Shown here one piece after another: positions 11,401-23,178 of a stretch of DNA of 64,000 nt. Under the pieces are notes generated by a model. It made no database searches. It was not told the origin of the DNA and saw nothing but the letters and a program-made list of their open reading frames with translations. Every line of letters begins with the position of its first letter. The stretch's first letter is position 1. A program made the translations under genes and the position numbers. Source of the stretch: Raja brachyura (taxonomy: Eukaryota); the NCBI GenBank assembly GCA_963514005.1, contig OY740782.1:150970001-151034000 (forward strand), given 5' to 3'.

Positions 11401-13250
11401 TCAAACACTCAATCTCTCACTCACTCTAAAACTCAAACTGTCAAACTCTCAAATTAAAACTCTCAAACACTCAAACTCTCAAAATCAAACTCTCACATTC
11501 AAACTCAAACTCTCAAACCCAAACTCTCAAACTCTCAAACTCAAACTATCAAACTCCCACTCAAAGTCTCAAACTTAATCTCTAAAACTCACCCAAAATC
11601 AAACTCTCAAACTCAAACTCTCAAACTCAAACTCTCAAACACAAATTCTCAAACACACAAACACTCAAACTCAAACTCTCAAACTCAAACTCTCACTCAA
11701 ACTCTCAAAATCAATCTCTCAAACTCTGAAACTCAAACTCTCAAACTCATACTCTCAAACACTCAAACTCTAAAACTCAAACTCAAACTCAATCTCAAAC
11801 TCTCAAACTCAAACTCTCAAACTCAAAATCGCAAACTCAAACTCTCAAACTCAATCTCAAACACAAATTCTCAAACACACAAACACTCAAACTCAAACTC
11901 TCAAACTCAAACTCTCACTCAAACTCTCAAAATCAATCTCTCAAACTCTGAAACTCAAACTCTCAAACTCACTCTCAAACACAAACTCTTAAACACTCAA
12001 ACTCTAAAACTCAAACTCAAACTCAATCTCAAACTCTCAAACTTAAACTCTCAAACTCAAACCCTCAAACTCTCACTCAAACTCAAACACTCAAACTCAA
12101 ACACTCAAACTCTAAAACTCAAACTGTCAATCTCTCAAATTAAAACTCTCAAACCCAAACTCTCAAACTCTCAAACTCAAACTATCAAACTCCCACTCAG
12201 TCTCAAACTTAATCTCTCAAACTCATCCAAAATCAAACTCTCAAACTCAAATTCTCAAACTCAAACACTCAAACACAAACTCAAACTCAAACTCTAACTA
12301 TAACTCTCAAACTCCCAAACTCTCAAACTCTAAAACTCAAACACTCAAACTCTCAAACTCTCAAACTCACTCTCACACTCAAACTCAAACTCACAAACTC
12401 AAACTATCAAACTCTCGCTAAAACTCAAACTCTAGAACTCTAACTCTCAAACTCTAACTGACTTAAACTCTCAAACTCTCAAACTCAAACAATCAAACTC
12501 AAACTTTCAAACTCTCAACTCAAACTCTCAAACTTAAACTCTCAAACGCTCAAACTCAAACTCTCACACTCACTCACACTCAAACACTCAAACTCTTACA
12601 AACTCTCAAACTCAAATTCAAACTCTCAACCTCTCAAACTCAAAATCTCAAACTCTAACTTTCAAACTCAAACACTCAAACTCAAACTCAAACTCTCAGA
12701 CTCAAACTCTCAAACCTCTCAAACTCAAACTCTCAAATTCTCAAACTCAAACCCTGAAATTCAAGCTCTCAAACTCAATCTCTGAAACTCTCAAATTCTC
12801 ACTCAAACACACAAACTCAAACTCTCAAACTCAAACTCTCAAACTCAAACTCTCACACTCAAACACTCACACTCAAACACTCAAACTCTCACAAACTCTA
12901 AAACTCAAACTCTCAAAATCAAACTCAAACTCAAACTCAAACTCTCAAACTCAAACTCTCCAACTCTCAAACTCAAACACTCAACCTCAAACACTCAACC
13001 TCAAACACTCAACCTCAAACACTCAAACTCTCAGACTCAAACTCTCAAACACAAATTCTCAAACACACAAACTCTCAAACTCAAACTCAATCTCTGAAAC
13101 TCTCAAACACAAACACTCAAACTCAAACCATCAAACTCAAACCATCAAACAATCAAACTCAAACACTCAAACTCTCAAACTTAAACTCTCAAATTCTCAA
13201 ACTTAAACTCTCAAATTCTCAAACTCAAACTCTCAGACTCAAACTCTCAA
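8412..13250. repeat. About 4.8 kb satellite of interleaved CTCAAA / CTCTCAAA / CACTCAAA units with higher-order duplication
   Basis: Directly visible. The plus strand is almost free of G. Rare variant strings recur at 8581/9421, 8851/9822 and about 9222/10180. Confidence 0.98.
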
Positions 13251-13929
13251 GAGAGTTTTCAATGCTTTCAAGAGAGAGCTAGATAGGGCTCTTAAAGATA
13301 GCGGAGTCAGGGGATATGGGGAAAAGGCAGGAACGGGGTACTGATTGTGGATGATCAGCCATGATCACATTGAATGGCGGTGCTGGCTCGAAGGGCCAAA
13401 TGGCCAACTCCTGCACCTATTGTCTATTGATTGCCTTCTCAACCAAGAGTTGGCGGCATTGGAAAACACCACAGAGTGAAACTGCAGAATGAATTCAACC
13501 TGTTGGGATCGTGGAGAATCCAGAACCAAAGGGAAAGTATAGTGTCCTGCACGATGTCAGGCGGCTCGATGTCAGGAGGCACAATGTCAGAGCACCAGCT
13601 GCCCGCTCTGCTGGAGGTCAGGTAAGTCTTCGTGTTGCTGCTGGCCCCGCTGCTGCTGCCTTCCTCGGGGCAGAGCTGCCCAAACCATTGGGCTCCACTT
13701 TGTACCCACTCGCCGTCTGGCTCTTCAAGTACTTGGCCTTGTCGGCAGCGGCAAGGTCTCATCACGGCGCTCTGCTGACCCCACCTGTCCCCCTCTATTT
13801 GACTGCGAAAGTAGCTGGGACCTTTGGTCATGAGCCTGAGTGGCAGGGAGACGCTCGACTTGGGCGGCATGCTTGCAGTGAGCGCAATCTCGCTCGGCTT
13901 CTTACTTTGATCCAGTCAACGTGAACAAA

Positions 13930-15277
13930 CACGTTTTCTCACGTACATCACCTGTCTGCAGTCACCTTAATCCACATTCACTATGACTTTGCCCATAACT
14001 TGGATAAAGTTGTGACTAGGTTTGCGTAGTTACATTTTTGGAAAATGGAACTGGAAAACATGAATTCTGGCTAAATGGCAATATATGCAGGCGTGCCACA
14101 CGTGTCCGTCGCCTGCATCACTACCCAGGACTTCCATGAGCAATGACAGGCTGTCTGCACTCGCCTTAATGTACATTCACTATGCCTTTGCCCATGACTT
14201 GGGCAAAGTGGTGACGAGGTTTGCACAGTTACATTCTCGGAAAATGGAACTGGAAAATGTGATTTATGGCTATATGGCAATATATGCTGGTCTGCCAAGA
14301 GTGTTGTCAAAGTCTGTGAGAGGAATCCTGAACTGTCTTCTAATCCCCTCACACTTTGGGAGCCCAAACAGGGCACTGCAAGAAGAGGTAGAAGTCGGGC
14401 TATCTACACCAGTGTACTAGCTGCGGAATGACACAGACCTTGGACAGTGTTAACGAACTGAGGACTGCCATTAAAGATAAAGTCACACTTCGGGAGACCA
14501 AACATGGCACTGCAAGAAGAGGTAGAAGTAGGGCCACCTACATCAGTGTACTGCGGAACGACACATGCTTTGACAGCATTAACAAACTGAGGACTGCCAT
14601 GCTGGATAAACTGGTCTGAGGTGCTATATTCGTGGAACCAGTAATGGCATATAGGCTAAGGCCAACGAATGCCTTTGCATTAGTAGTAGGGGTAAATGGC
14701 ACTATACATCCAGGAGCACCTGAATGATTATGCAGCATCATGCCAGCATGTTTGATTGTTTGGTAAACTATATGATGAATTGTGAAATGTATGTATATTT
14801 TTAAGTTATGGAATCAAAATTAAGAATTATAAATTCACATTTCAAAAATGGTTTCACAATTCAGTAGTACTGATTTTCAGTATTCCATAATAATATTTGA
14901 GAATACATGAGGTTGCATGCAAACCACTGATTTTCAAAAATCTAGTTTCTGTGTAGTACGTTCCATTGCATTTGTGAGAAATACCGATTTCCCCAACAAA
15001 ATACTGATTTTCACCCATCAAAATACGGAAATGCTCGGTGAAACTTGGCAGCTCTGCAATTATTAATCTTGACTCTTGACATTATTTCTGAAATATTGGT
15101 CATAAATCTGGTGCAAAAATGCTCCAAAATAAGGCTCCGAGGGCAGCAGAGATCATCTAAAACCCCGGCCGCGAGGGGCTTCACGCTCGTGATGTGCGCT
15201 GTGCGCACATTACTTCACATAAATGTTTTATAATCTTGTCATGCCACCCCCCTTTTTGAAAAGCTTCGTACGGGCCT
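13930..15277 (+). mobile_element. Decayed hAT-family DNA transposon (transposase C-terminal dimerisation region, internal duplications, one terminus)
   Basis: RTSMSNDRLSALALMYIH...KVVTRFAQLHSRKM resembles the hAT C-terminal dimerisation domain. 14790-15277 is the reverse-complement homologue of 49368-49870, which begins CAGGCCGTACG. Confidence 0.7.
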
Positions 15278-16364
15278 TCAACTTTACTAGTTTGTAGTAC
15301 AACAAGAATAGGATTAATCCCGAATAAATAGTTAACAGCCTCGTTTAATCCGGGCAGAAAGAGTTTCTATATTACCAATATGTATTGTAACATAAATGTG
15401 TGAAACCAAGTATGTCAGGTGACAGGGATAATACTGTTTTCAAGATAATTCTTGAGTTCGCATCAGGATGCACAGGGCCTGGCACGCTACGGAATGCGAC
15501 TGTATTGAGCGTTAAAATACAGGGACAATATATTTTAAGCGCTGTCTGGAGTACATCACATCACTAACATCCTACCTACCCACTCCTTCAGACACCTCCG
15601 GCCTCTTCTGGAAAAGACCCCCCCGTTCCCACATTGGCATGATCAATAATTCTAGGCCTAGAGTGGAAGGAAGGTAACCTCGAACGCGAATGGCTGCCTG
15701 GGAGAAAAGAGACATATGTAGGTACAATTGCGAGGTAACACGTGATCCGGTATAATAAATATGAATAAAAATGTATGGCGACATATCGTCTCCCCTCCCC
15801 CATCAGGCAAGAGGTAGAGAAGTGTGAAAACGCAAGACTCCAGATTCAGGAACAATTTATTTCCGGCTGTTATCAGGGAACTGAATGATTCTATCAGCAA
15901 CGAGAGTGTGGGCCTGAGCTACTCTCTCCCTTATTGGGGACCCTTGGACTATATTTAAGTGGAGTTTACTGGGCTTTATCATGCACCAAACATCATTCTC
16001 TTTATCACGTATCTGTACTCTGTGGATGGCTAGATGGTAGTTATGTATAACCTTTCCGCTGAATAGTTAGCACGCAACAAAAGCTTTTCACTATTCCTCT
16101 GTAAACGTGACAATAAAGGAAGCTAAACTATGCTAACGAAAAAAATATCTGTATCAGTGGCAACCGAGTGGTCATAGCACCATCCTCTGGTCGCAGGTAA
16201 TGTTCGAAATTCAATCTAAATCAAAAATCTGCAACACAAATATGCACCACGAGATGGCAGCAGATGCAGGCTCCCTCTGGGCAACACTGAATGGAAACGC
16301 CCCTTGTTGCATGAGATGCAAAGAGTACGCAGGGTCCTAATGCTCGTATTAAGCTAAAATCGCA

Positions 16365-19197
16365 AGTCTAGTCAATTTTATTTCTATAGCACATTTAAAA
16401 ACAACTCACGTTGACCAAAGTGCAGGTACTAACGTGCTACATACAATGGTACATAGATCTAACAATACATACATAAATACATACATACAGCGCTCCCTCA
16501 AGAAAGGCTTGAGAGTAGAAATAAGTTTTAAGTGACGACTTAATGGAGTCGATGGAGGGGGCAGTTCTGATGAGGAGAGGGATGCTGTTCCACAGTCTAG
16601 GTGCTGCAACCGCAACAGCGCGGTCGCCCCTGAGCTTAAACCTGGACCGCGGGATAGTCAGTAACCCCAAGTCGGCCGACCTGAGGGACCTGGAGGTAGA
16701 ATGGTGGGTTAGCAGGTTTTTGACATAGGTGGGGGCAAGCCCGGTAAGGGCTTTGTATACATATAGGAGGAGCTTGAAATTGATTCTGTACCATACTGGG
16801 AGCCAGTGGAGAGAGGCCAGGATCGGGGTGATGTGGTCCCTTTTACGGGTGCCCGTCAGGAGTCTCGCTGCGGCGTTTTGGACCAATTGCAGGCGGGATG
16901 GGGATGATTGGCTAATGCCAGTGTAAAGGGTGTTGCAGTAATCAAGGCGGGAGGAGATAAATGCGTGGATGATCTTTTCAAGGTCGTTGAATTGGAGGAA
17001 TGGTTTGATTTTAGCTATCGTGCGAAGCTGGAAGAAGCTAGCTTTTACCACAGCATTGACTTGTTTGTCAAACGTCAAAGCTGAGTCAAATATCACGACA
17101 AGGTTTTTGACGTGCGGTTTGAGTAAGTAGGTTGGGCTTCCAAGGCTGCCTGCTATCATTTTGATGGAGTCCGAGGCAGTAATTGAAGAGCGCACCCCCG
17201 GAGGTGAGGACTGTACAGAGCTGGTCGGGGGCGGGGGCGAGGGTGGGGGGGGGGGGGGGGGGCAATGCAGTGTCCAAGTGTTTCCCAATCACTCCAATCA
17301 GAAGCCTTGGATGAACTTTGAGATCCGCACTCTTCTGAAGACCAGACATTCATATCTGATGATACAGTGGTCTACAAGAAGTCCAGATACAACTTTGGTA
17401 AGGCCATCAAAAAGGCCAAAAGGGACTTCTGCTCCACACTGGAGGATGAGACAGATGTTCGGCAGCTGTGGCGGGGCCTGAATGCAATCACCTCCTACAA
17501 GGCGAGATCAGGAGGCAGCTCGAATGTCGGCGTAGCATCACTCCCTGACGAGCTCAATGCGTTTTACGCACGCTTTGATAGGGAGAACACTGATGTGCCT
17601 TCTCGAGCCCCCATTCGCTGTGATGGTATTTCAGTCCCAGTCACAGAGGCCGACGTCAGAAAATCCTTCAGAGGGGTGAACCCTCGAAAAGCGCATGGAC
17701 CTGATGGTATACCAGGTCGTGTTCTAAAAACCTGTGCGGACCAACTGGCTGGAGTTTTTACGGACATTTTCAACCTCACACTTCTGAGGTCTGAGGTTCC
17801 CACCTGCTTCAAAAGGGCATCAATAATACCGGTGCCCAAGAAGAGCAAGGTGACGTGCCTCAATGACTATTAACCAGTGGCACTAATGTCGGTGGTGATT
17901 GAGTGCTTTGAGAGGTTGATCATGGCGCAAATCAACTCCTACCTCAACAAAACCCTGGACCCACTGCAGTTCACTTACCGCTGCAACAGATCAACGGTGG
18001 ATGCGATCTCACTGGCTCTCCACTCCGCTCTGGACCACTTGGACAACAAAAACACATATGTCAGGTCATTGCTTACAGCTCGGCATTTAATACAATCATC
18101 CCCTCCAAGCTGGTTACCAAACTCTCAGATCTGGGTCGCTGCGCATCCCTCTGCAATTGGATCCTCAACTTCCTCAATCACAGACCACGGTCTGTCCGTA
18201 TTGGTGGAAATGTGTCAGGCTCGATAACAATCAGCACGGGAGCACCTCAAGGCTGCGTGCTCAGCCCATGGCTGTACTCACTCTATACTCATGACCGCGC
18301 AGCTGGTCATAGTGCGAACTCCATCATCAAGTTCGCTGAGGATAACACTGTTGTGGGACGTATCACTGATCGGGACGAGTCAGAGTACAGAAGGACTCTC
18401 TCTAACTTCTACAGGTGTACAGTAGAGAGCTTGCTGACTGGTTGCATCGTGGCTTGGTTTGGCAATTTGAGTGCCCTAAAGCGGAAAAGACTTCAAAAAG
18501 TAGTAAACACTGCCCAGTCCATCATCGGCTCTGACCGACCTTCTATCGAGGGGATCTATCGCAGTCGCTGCCTCACAAAGGGTGGCAGCATCATCAAGGA
18601 CCCACACCATCCTGCCACACACTCATCTCCCCGCCACCTTTAGGTAGAAGGTGCAGGAGTCTGAAGACTGCAACGACCAGGTTCTGGAATAGCTACTTCC
18701 CCACAGCCATCAGGCTATTAAACTCGGCTCGGACAAAACTCTGAACATTAATAGCCCATTATCTGCTTTATTGCACTTGATCAGTTTATTTATTCATGTG
18801 TGTATATATTTATATAATGGTATATGGACACACTGATCTGTTCTGTATTCATGCCTACTATGTTCTGGTGTGCTGAAGCAAAGCAAGAATTTCATTGTCC
18901 TATCTGGGACACATGACAATAAACTGTCTTGAACATGAACTTGAACTTGAGTAGGATGACCTCAGCTCTCGTTTAGTTGGAGGAAGTTCTGGGTGATCCA
19001 GCACTTTATATCCTCGAGGCAGTGCATAAGGTTGAGTAGATTTGATCGGTTGTTGGGTTTCAGGGGGAGATAGAGCTGTGTATCGCCTGCATAGCAGTGG
19101 AAGGAAATGCCGTGCCTTTGAATGACGTGGCCTAAGGGGAGCATATACAGGGGGAAGAGAATGGGGCCTAGGATGGAGCCTTGTGGAACCCCCGCAG
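16365..19197 (-). mobile_element. L2 LINE (3' part), split by a Rex1-like insertion
   Basis: SRLDYCNTLY..LQLVQNAAARLLTG..HITPILASLHWLPV (16437-17190) and GVPQGSILGP..FHCYAGDTQLY (18960-19197). Confidence 0.88.
17270..18945 (+). mobile_element. Rex1/Babar-like non-LTR retrotransposon, internally deleted, nested in L2
   Basis: [55 protein letters not shown]. 3' tail caataaa...(CTTGAA)n. Confidence 0.85.
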
Positions 19198-19381
19198 CCT
19201 CCTCCCCCCCTCCCCCCCTCCCCCTCTCCCCCCCTCCCCACCCCTCTTCCCCACCCCTCTTCCCCCTCCTTCCCCCCTACTCTCCCCCCCCTCCCCACCC
19301 CTCTTCCCCCCCTCTTCCCCCTCTCTCCCCCCTACTCTCCCCCCTACTCTCCCCACTCTCCCCCCCCTCTCTCTTCCCCCT
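19198..19381. repeat. C/T-rich low-complexity tract
   Basis: Runs of CCCCCT/CCCCTCT; source of the spurious Pro/Gly ORFs. Confidence 0.9.
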
Positions 19382-19819
19382 CAGCGCCGCTGACCCCGAG
19401 ATCTGCAGAACAAAGATCCTATAGCTGAGCTGTAGAATCTTTGTTCTGCAGAACTTTCTCGATCTTTCTGCGCCTTTTGAAGAACGGGGTCTGCACTTGC
19501 TTTTCCCTCTATCTCCATCCCCAGTTCACTGACCAGTCTTATTGTCTCCGACTACATTTTATATCCGTTTGGTTTGTTATTACATTCCCCAACTAATTCC
19601 ACATTTTCGTTGATTTCCATTCCCTTTGTCCTATTTTCACACCTTGCACTTCCTTATCTTTACACTTGCTGATCTATGCACCGCCCACTCCCCTGACATC
19701 AGTCTGAAGAAATGCCTCATCCTGAAACATCACCCATTCCTTTTCTCCAGAGATGCTGCCTGTCCCGCTGAGTTACCCCGGCATTTTGTATCTATCTTCA
19801 CTATATCTGGGCTTTCGAT

Positions 19820-22800
19820 TATTCGGCAGGTTTCTATTAGATCTCCCCTCATCCTTCCACATTACAGCAAGTACAGGCCCAAAGCCATCAAACGCTTCTC
19901 ATACATTAACCCCGTTATACCCAGGATTATTCTCCCAAACCTCCTCTGGATCCTCTCCAATGCCAGCACACTCCTCCTCAGATATGGGACCCAGTACTGT
20001 TCACAATATTCCAAATGTGGCCTGACCAGTGTCTTTGAAAGACTCAGCAACGTATCCTTGCTTTTATATTCTAGTCCTCTCTAAATGAATGCTCGCATAG
20101 CATCTGTCTTTCCGACTACGGACTCGACCTGCAAATTAACATTTTGGGAATGTTGCAGCAGCACATCAAGGTCCCTTTGCATCTCCTCTTTCTGAATCAT
20201 CTCTACATTTGTAAATAGTCCATACCTTTACTCCTTCTACCAGCAGCATGACCGTGTATGTTGCAAAGCCCAATTCCATTTGCCACTTCTTTTCCCACAG
20301 ACCCAAAGTGTCCAAGTCCTTCTGCAGACTGACGGCTTGCTTACAGTTACCTACCCCTCCACGTAACTGCGTATCATTCACCAACCTGACGAATAAGCCA
20401 CCAATTCCATCATCCAGTTCAATGACATATGACGTGCAAAGTAGCCGCAACATAGACGCCTGCGGAACGCGACCAATCACCAGCAGCCATCCAGACAAGG
20501 TTCCCTTCATTGCTTTCTCACTCTGCTTTCTACCAATAAGCCTATCCACGCCAGTACCTCCATCCACACCACGAGGTCCTATCTTACCCAGCAGCCTCGT
20601 GTGCACCTTATCAAAGTACTTCTGAAAATCCAAACAGACAACATCATAGAAACATAGAAACATAGAAATTAGGTGCAGGAGTAGGCCATTCGGCCCTTCG
20701 AGCCTGCACCGCCATTCAATATGATCATGGCTGATCATCCAACTCAGTATCCCGTACCTGCCTTCTCTCCATACCCTCTGATCCCCTTAGCCACAAGGGC
20801 CACATCTAACTCCCTCTTAAATATAGCCAATGAACTGGCCTCAACTACCCTCTGTGGCAGAGAGTTCCAGAGACCCACCACTCTCTGTGTGAAAAGATTC
20901 CTTCTCATCTCGGTCCTAAAGGATTTCCCCCTTATCCTTAAGCTGTGACCCCTTGTCCTGGACCTCCCCAACATCGGGAACAATCTTCCTGCATCTAACC
21001 TGTCCAACCTGTCCAAGTTTCTATAAGATCCCCTCTCAATCTCCTAAATTCTAGAGAGTATAAACCGAGTCTATGCAGTCTTTGTTCATAAGACAGTCCT
21101 GACATCCCAGGAATCAGTCTGGTGAACCTTCTCTGCACTCCCTCTATGGCAATAATGTCCTTCCTCAGATTTGGAGACCAGAACTGTACGCAATACTACA
21201 GGTGTGGCCTCACCAAGACCCTATACAACTGAAGTAGAACCTCCCTGCTCCTATACTCAAATCCTTTTGCTATCAAAGCTAACATACCATTCGCTTTCTT
21301 CACTGCCTGCTGTACCTACATGCCTACTTTCAATGACTGGTGTACCATGACACCCAGGTCTCGCTGCATCTCCCCTTTTCCTAATCGGCCTCCATTTAGA
21401 TAAAATCTGTTTTCCTATTTTTGCCACCAAAGTGGATAACCTCACATTTATCCACATTATACTGCATCTGCCAAACATTTGCCCACTCACCCAGCCTATC
21501 CAAGTCACCTTGCAGTCTCCTAGCATCCTCCTCACAGCTAACACTGCCGCCCAGCTTAGTGTCATCCGCAAACTTTGAGATATTGCCTTCAATTCCCTCA
21601 TCCAGATCATTTATGTATATTGTAAATAGCTGGGGTCCCAGCACTGAGCCTTGCGGTACCCCACTAGTCACTGCCTGCCATTGTGAAAAGGACCCGTTTA
21701 CTCCTACTCTTTGCTTCCTGTTTGCCAGCCAGTTCTCTATCCACATCAATACTGAACCCCCAATGCCGTATGCTTTAAGTTTATATACTAATCTCTTATG
21801 TGGGACCTTGTCGAAAGCCTTCGGAAAGTCCAGATATAACACATCCGTTGGTTCTCCCTTATCCACTCTACTGGTTACATCCTCGAAAAAGTCTAAAAGA
21901 TTTGTCAGACATGATTTACCTTTCTTAAGGGGTTGGTCAGGCTAGATGCAGGAAGACTGTTCCCGATGTTGGGGAGGTCCAGGACAAGGGGTCACAGCTT
22001 AAGGATCAGGGGGAAATCCTTTAGGACCGAGATGAGAAGGACTTTTTTCACACAGAGAGTGGTGGGTCTCTGGAACTCTCTGCCACAGAGGGTAGTTGAG
22101 GCCAGTTCATTGGCTATATTTAAGAGGGAGTTAGATGTGGCCCTTGTGGCTAAGGGGATCAGAGGGTATGGAGAGAAGGCAGTTACGGGATGCTGAGTTG
22201 GATGATCAGCCATGACCATATTGAATGGCAGTGTAGGCTCGAAGGGCCGAATGGCCTACTCCTGCACCTAATTTCTATGTTTCTATGTTTCATAAATCCA
22301 TGCTGACTTTGTCCAATGATTTCACCACTTTCCAAATGTGCTGCTATTCCATCTTTAATAACTGACTCTAGCAGTTTCCCCACTACCAATGTTAGACTAA
22401 CTGGTCTGTAATTCCCCGTTTTCTCTCTCCCTCCCTTTTTTAAAGCGGGGTTACATTAGCAACCCTCCAATCCTCAGGAACTACTCCAGAATCAAAAGAG
22501 ATTTGAAAAATTATCACTAATGCATCCACAGTTTCTGGGGCTACTTCCTTAAGTACTCTGGGATGCAGCCTATCTGGCCCTGGGGATTTATTGGCTAATC
22601 CATTCAATTTACCTAACACCACTTCCCGGCTAACCTAGATTTCACTCAGTTCCATCTCATTTGACCCCCGATCCCCTGCTATTTTCGGCAGATTATTTAT
22701 GTCTTCCTTAGTGAAGACAGAACCAAAGTAGTTATTCAATTGGTCTGCCATATCCTTGATCATCACCATCACCTGTTTCTGACTGCAAGGGACCTACATT

Positions 22801-23178
22801 TGTTTTAACTAATCTTTTTCTCTTCGCATAGCTATAAAAAATGTTTGCAGTCAATTTTTATGTTCCCTGCCAGTTTTCTTTCATAATCTATTTTCCATTT
22901 CCTAATTAATCCCTTTGTCCTCCTCTGCTGGACTCTGAATTAATCCCAGTCCTCTGGTAGGCTGCTTTTTCTGGCTAATTTGTATGCACCATCTTTTGTT
23001 TTGATACTATCCCTGATTTCCCTTGTTATCCACGGATGTACTGCCTTCCCTGATTTATTCTTCTGCCAAACTGGGATGAACATTTTTTGTAGTACATCCA
23101 TGCAGTCTTTAAATGCCTTCCATTGCCTATCCACCATCAACCCTTTAAGAATCAATTGCCAGTCTATCTTGGCCAATT
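19820..23178 (-). mobile_element. CR1 LINEs: older copy 19820-20640, younger copy 20645-23178 containing a plus-strand CR1 3' end at about 21925-22287
   Basis: YLDFPKAFDKVPH, GVPQGSVLGP, KFADDTKL, KSPGPDRLHPRVLKE. (CATAGAAA)n tails. TTTC is repeated at both junctions of the nested copy. Confidence 0.9.

Noticed and set aside
8412-13250. Interstitial telomere or CRISPR-like array
   Set aside because: The units are TTTGAG/TTTGAGAG, not TTAGGG; there are no unique spacers and the context is eukaryotic.
18900-19428. Pro-rich and Gly-rich ORFs
   Set aside because: They arise from a C-rich low-complexity tract.
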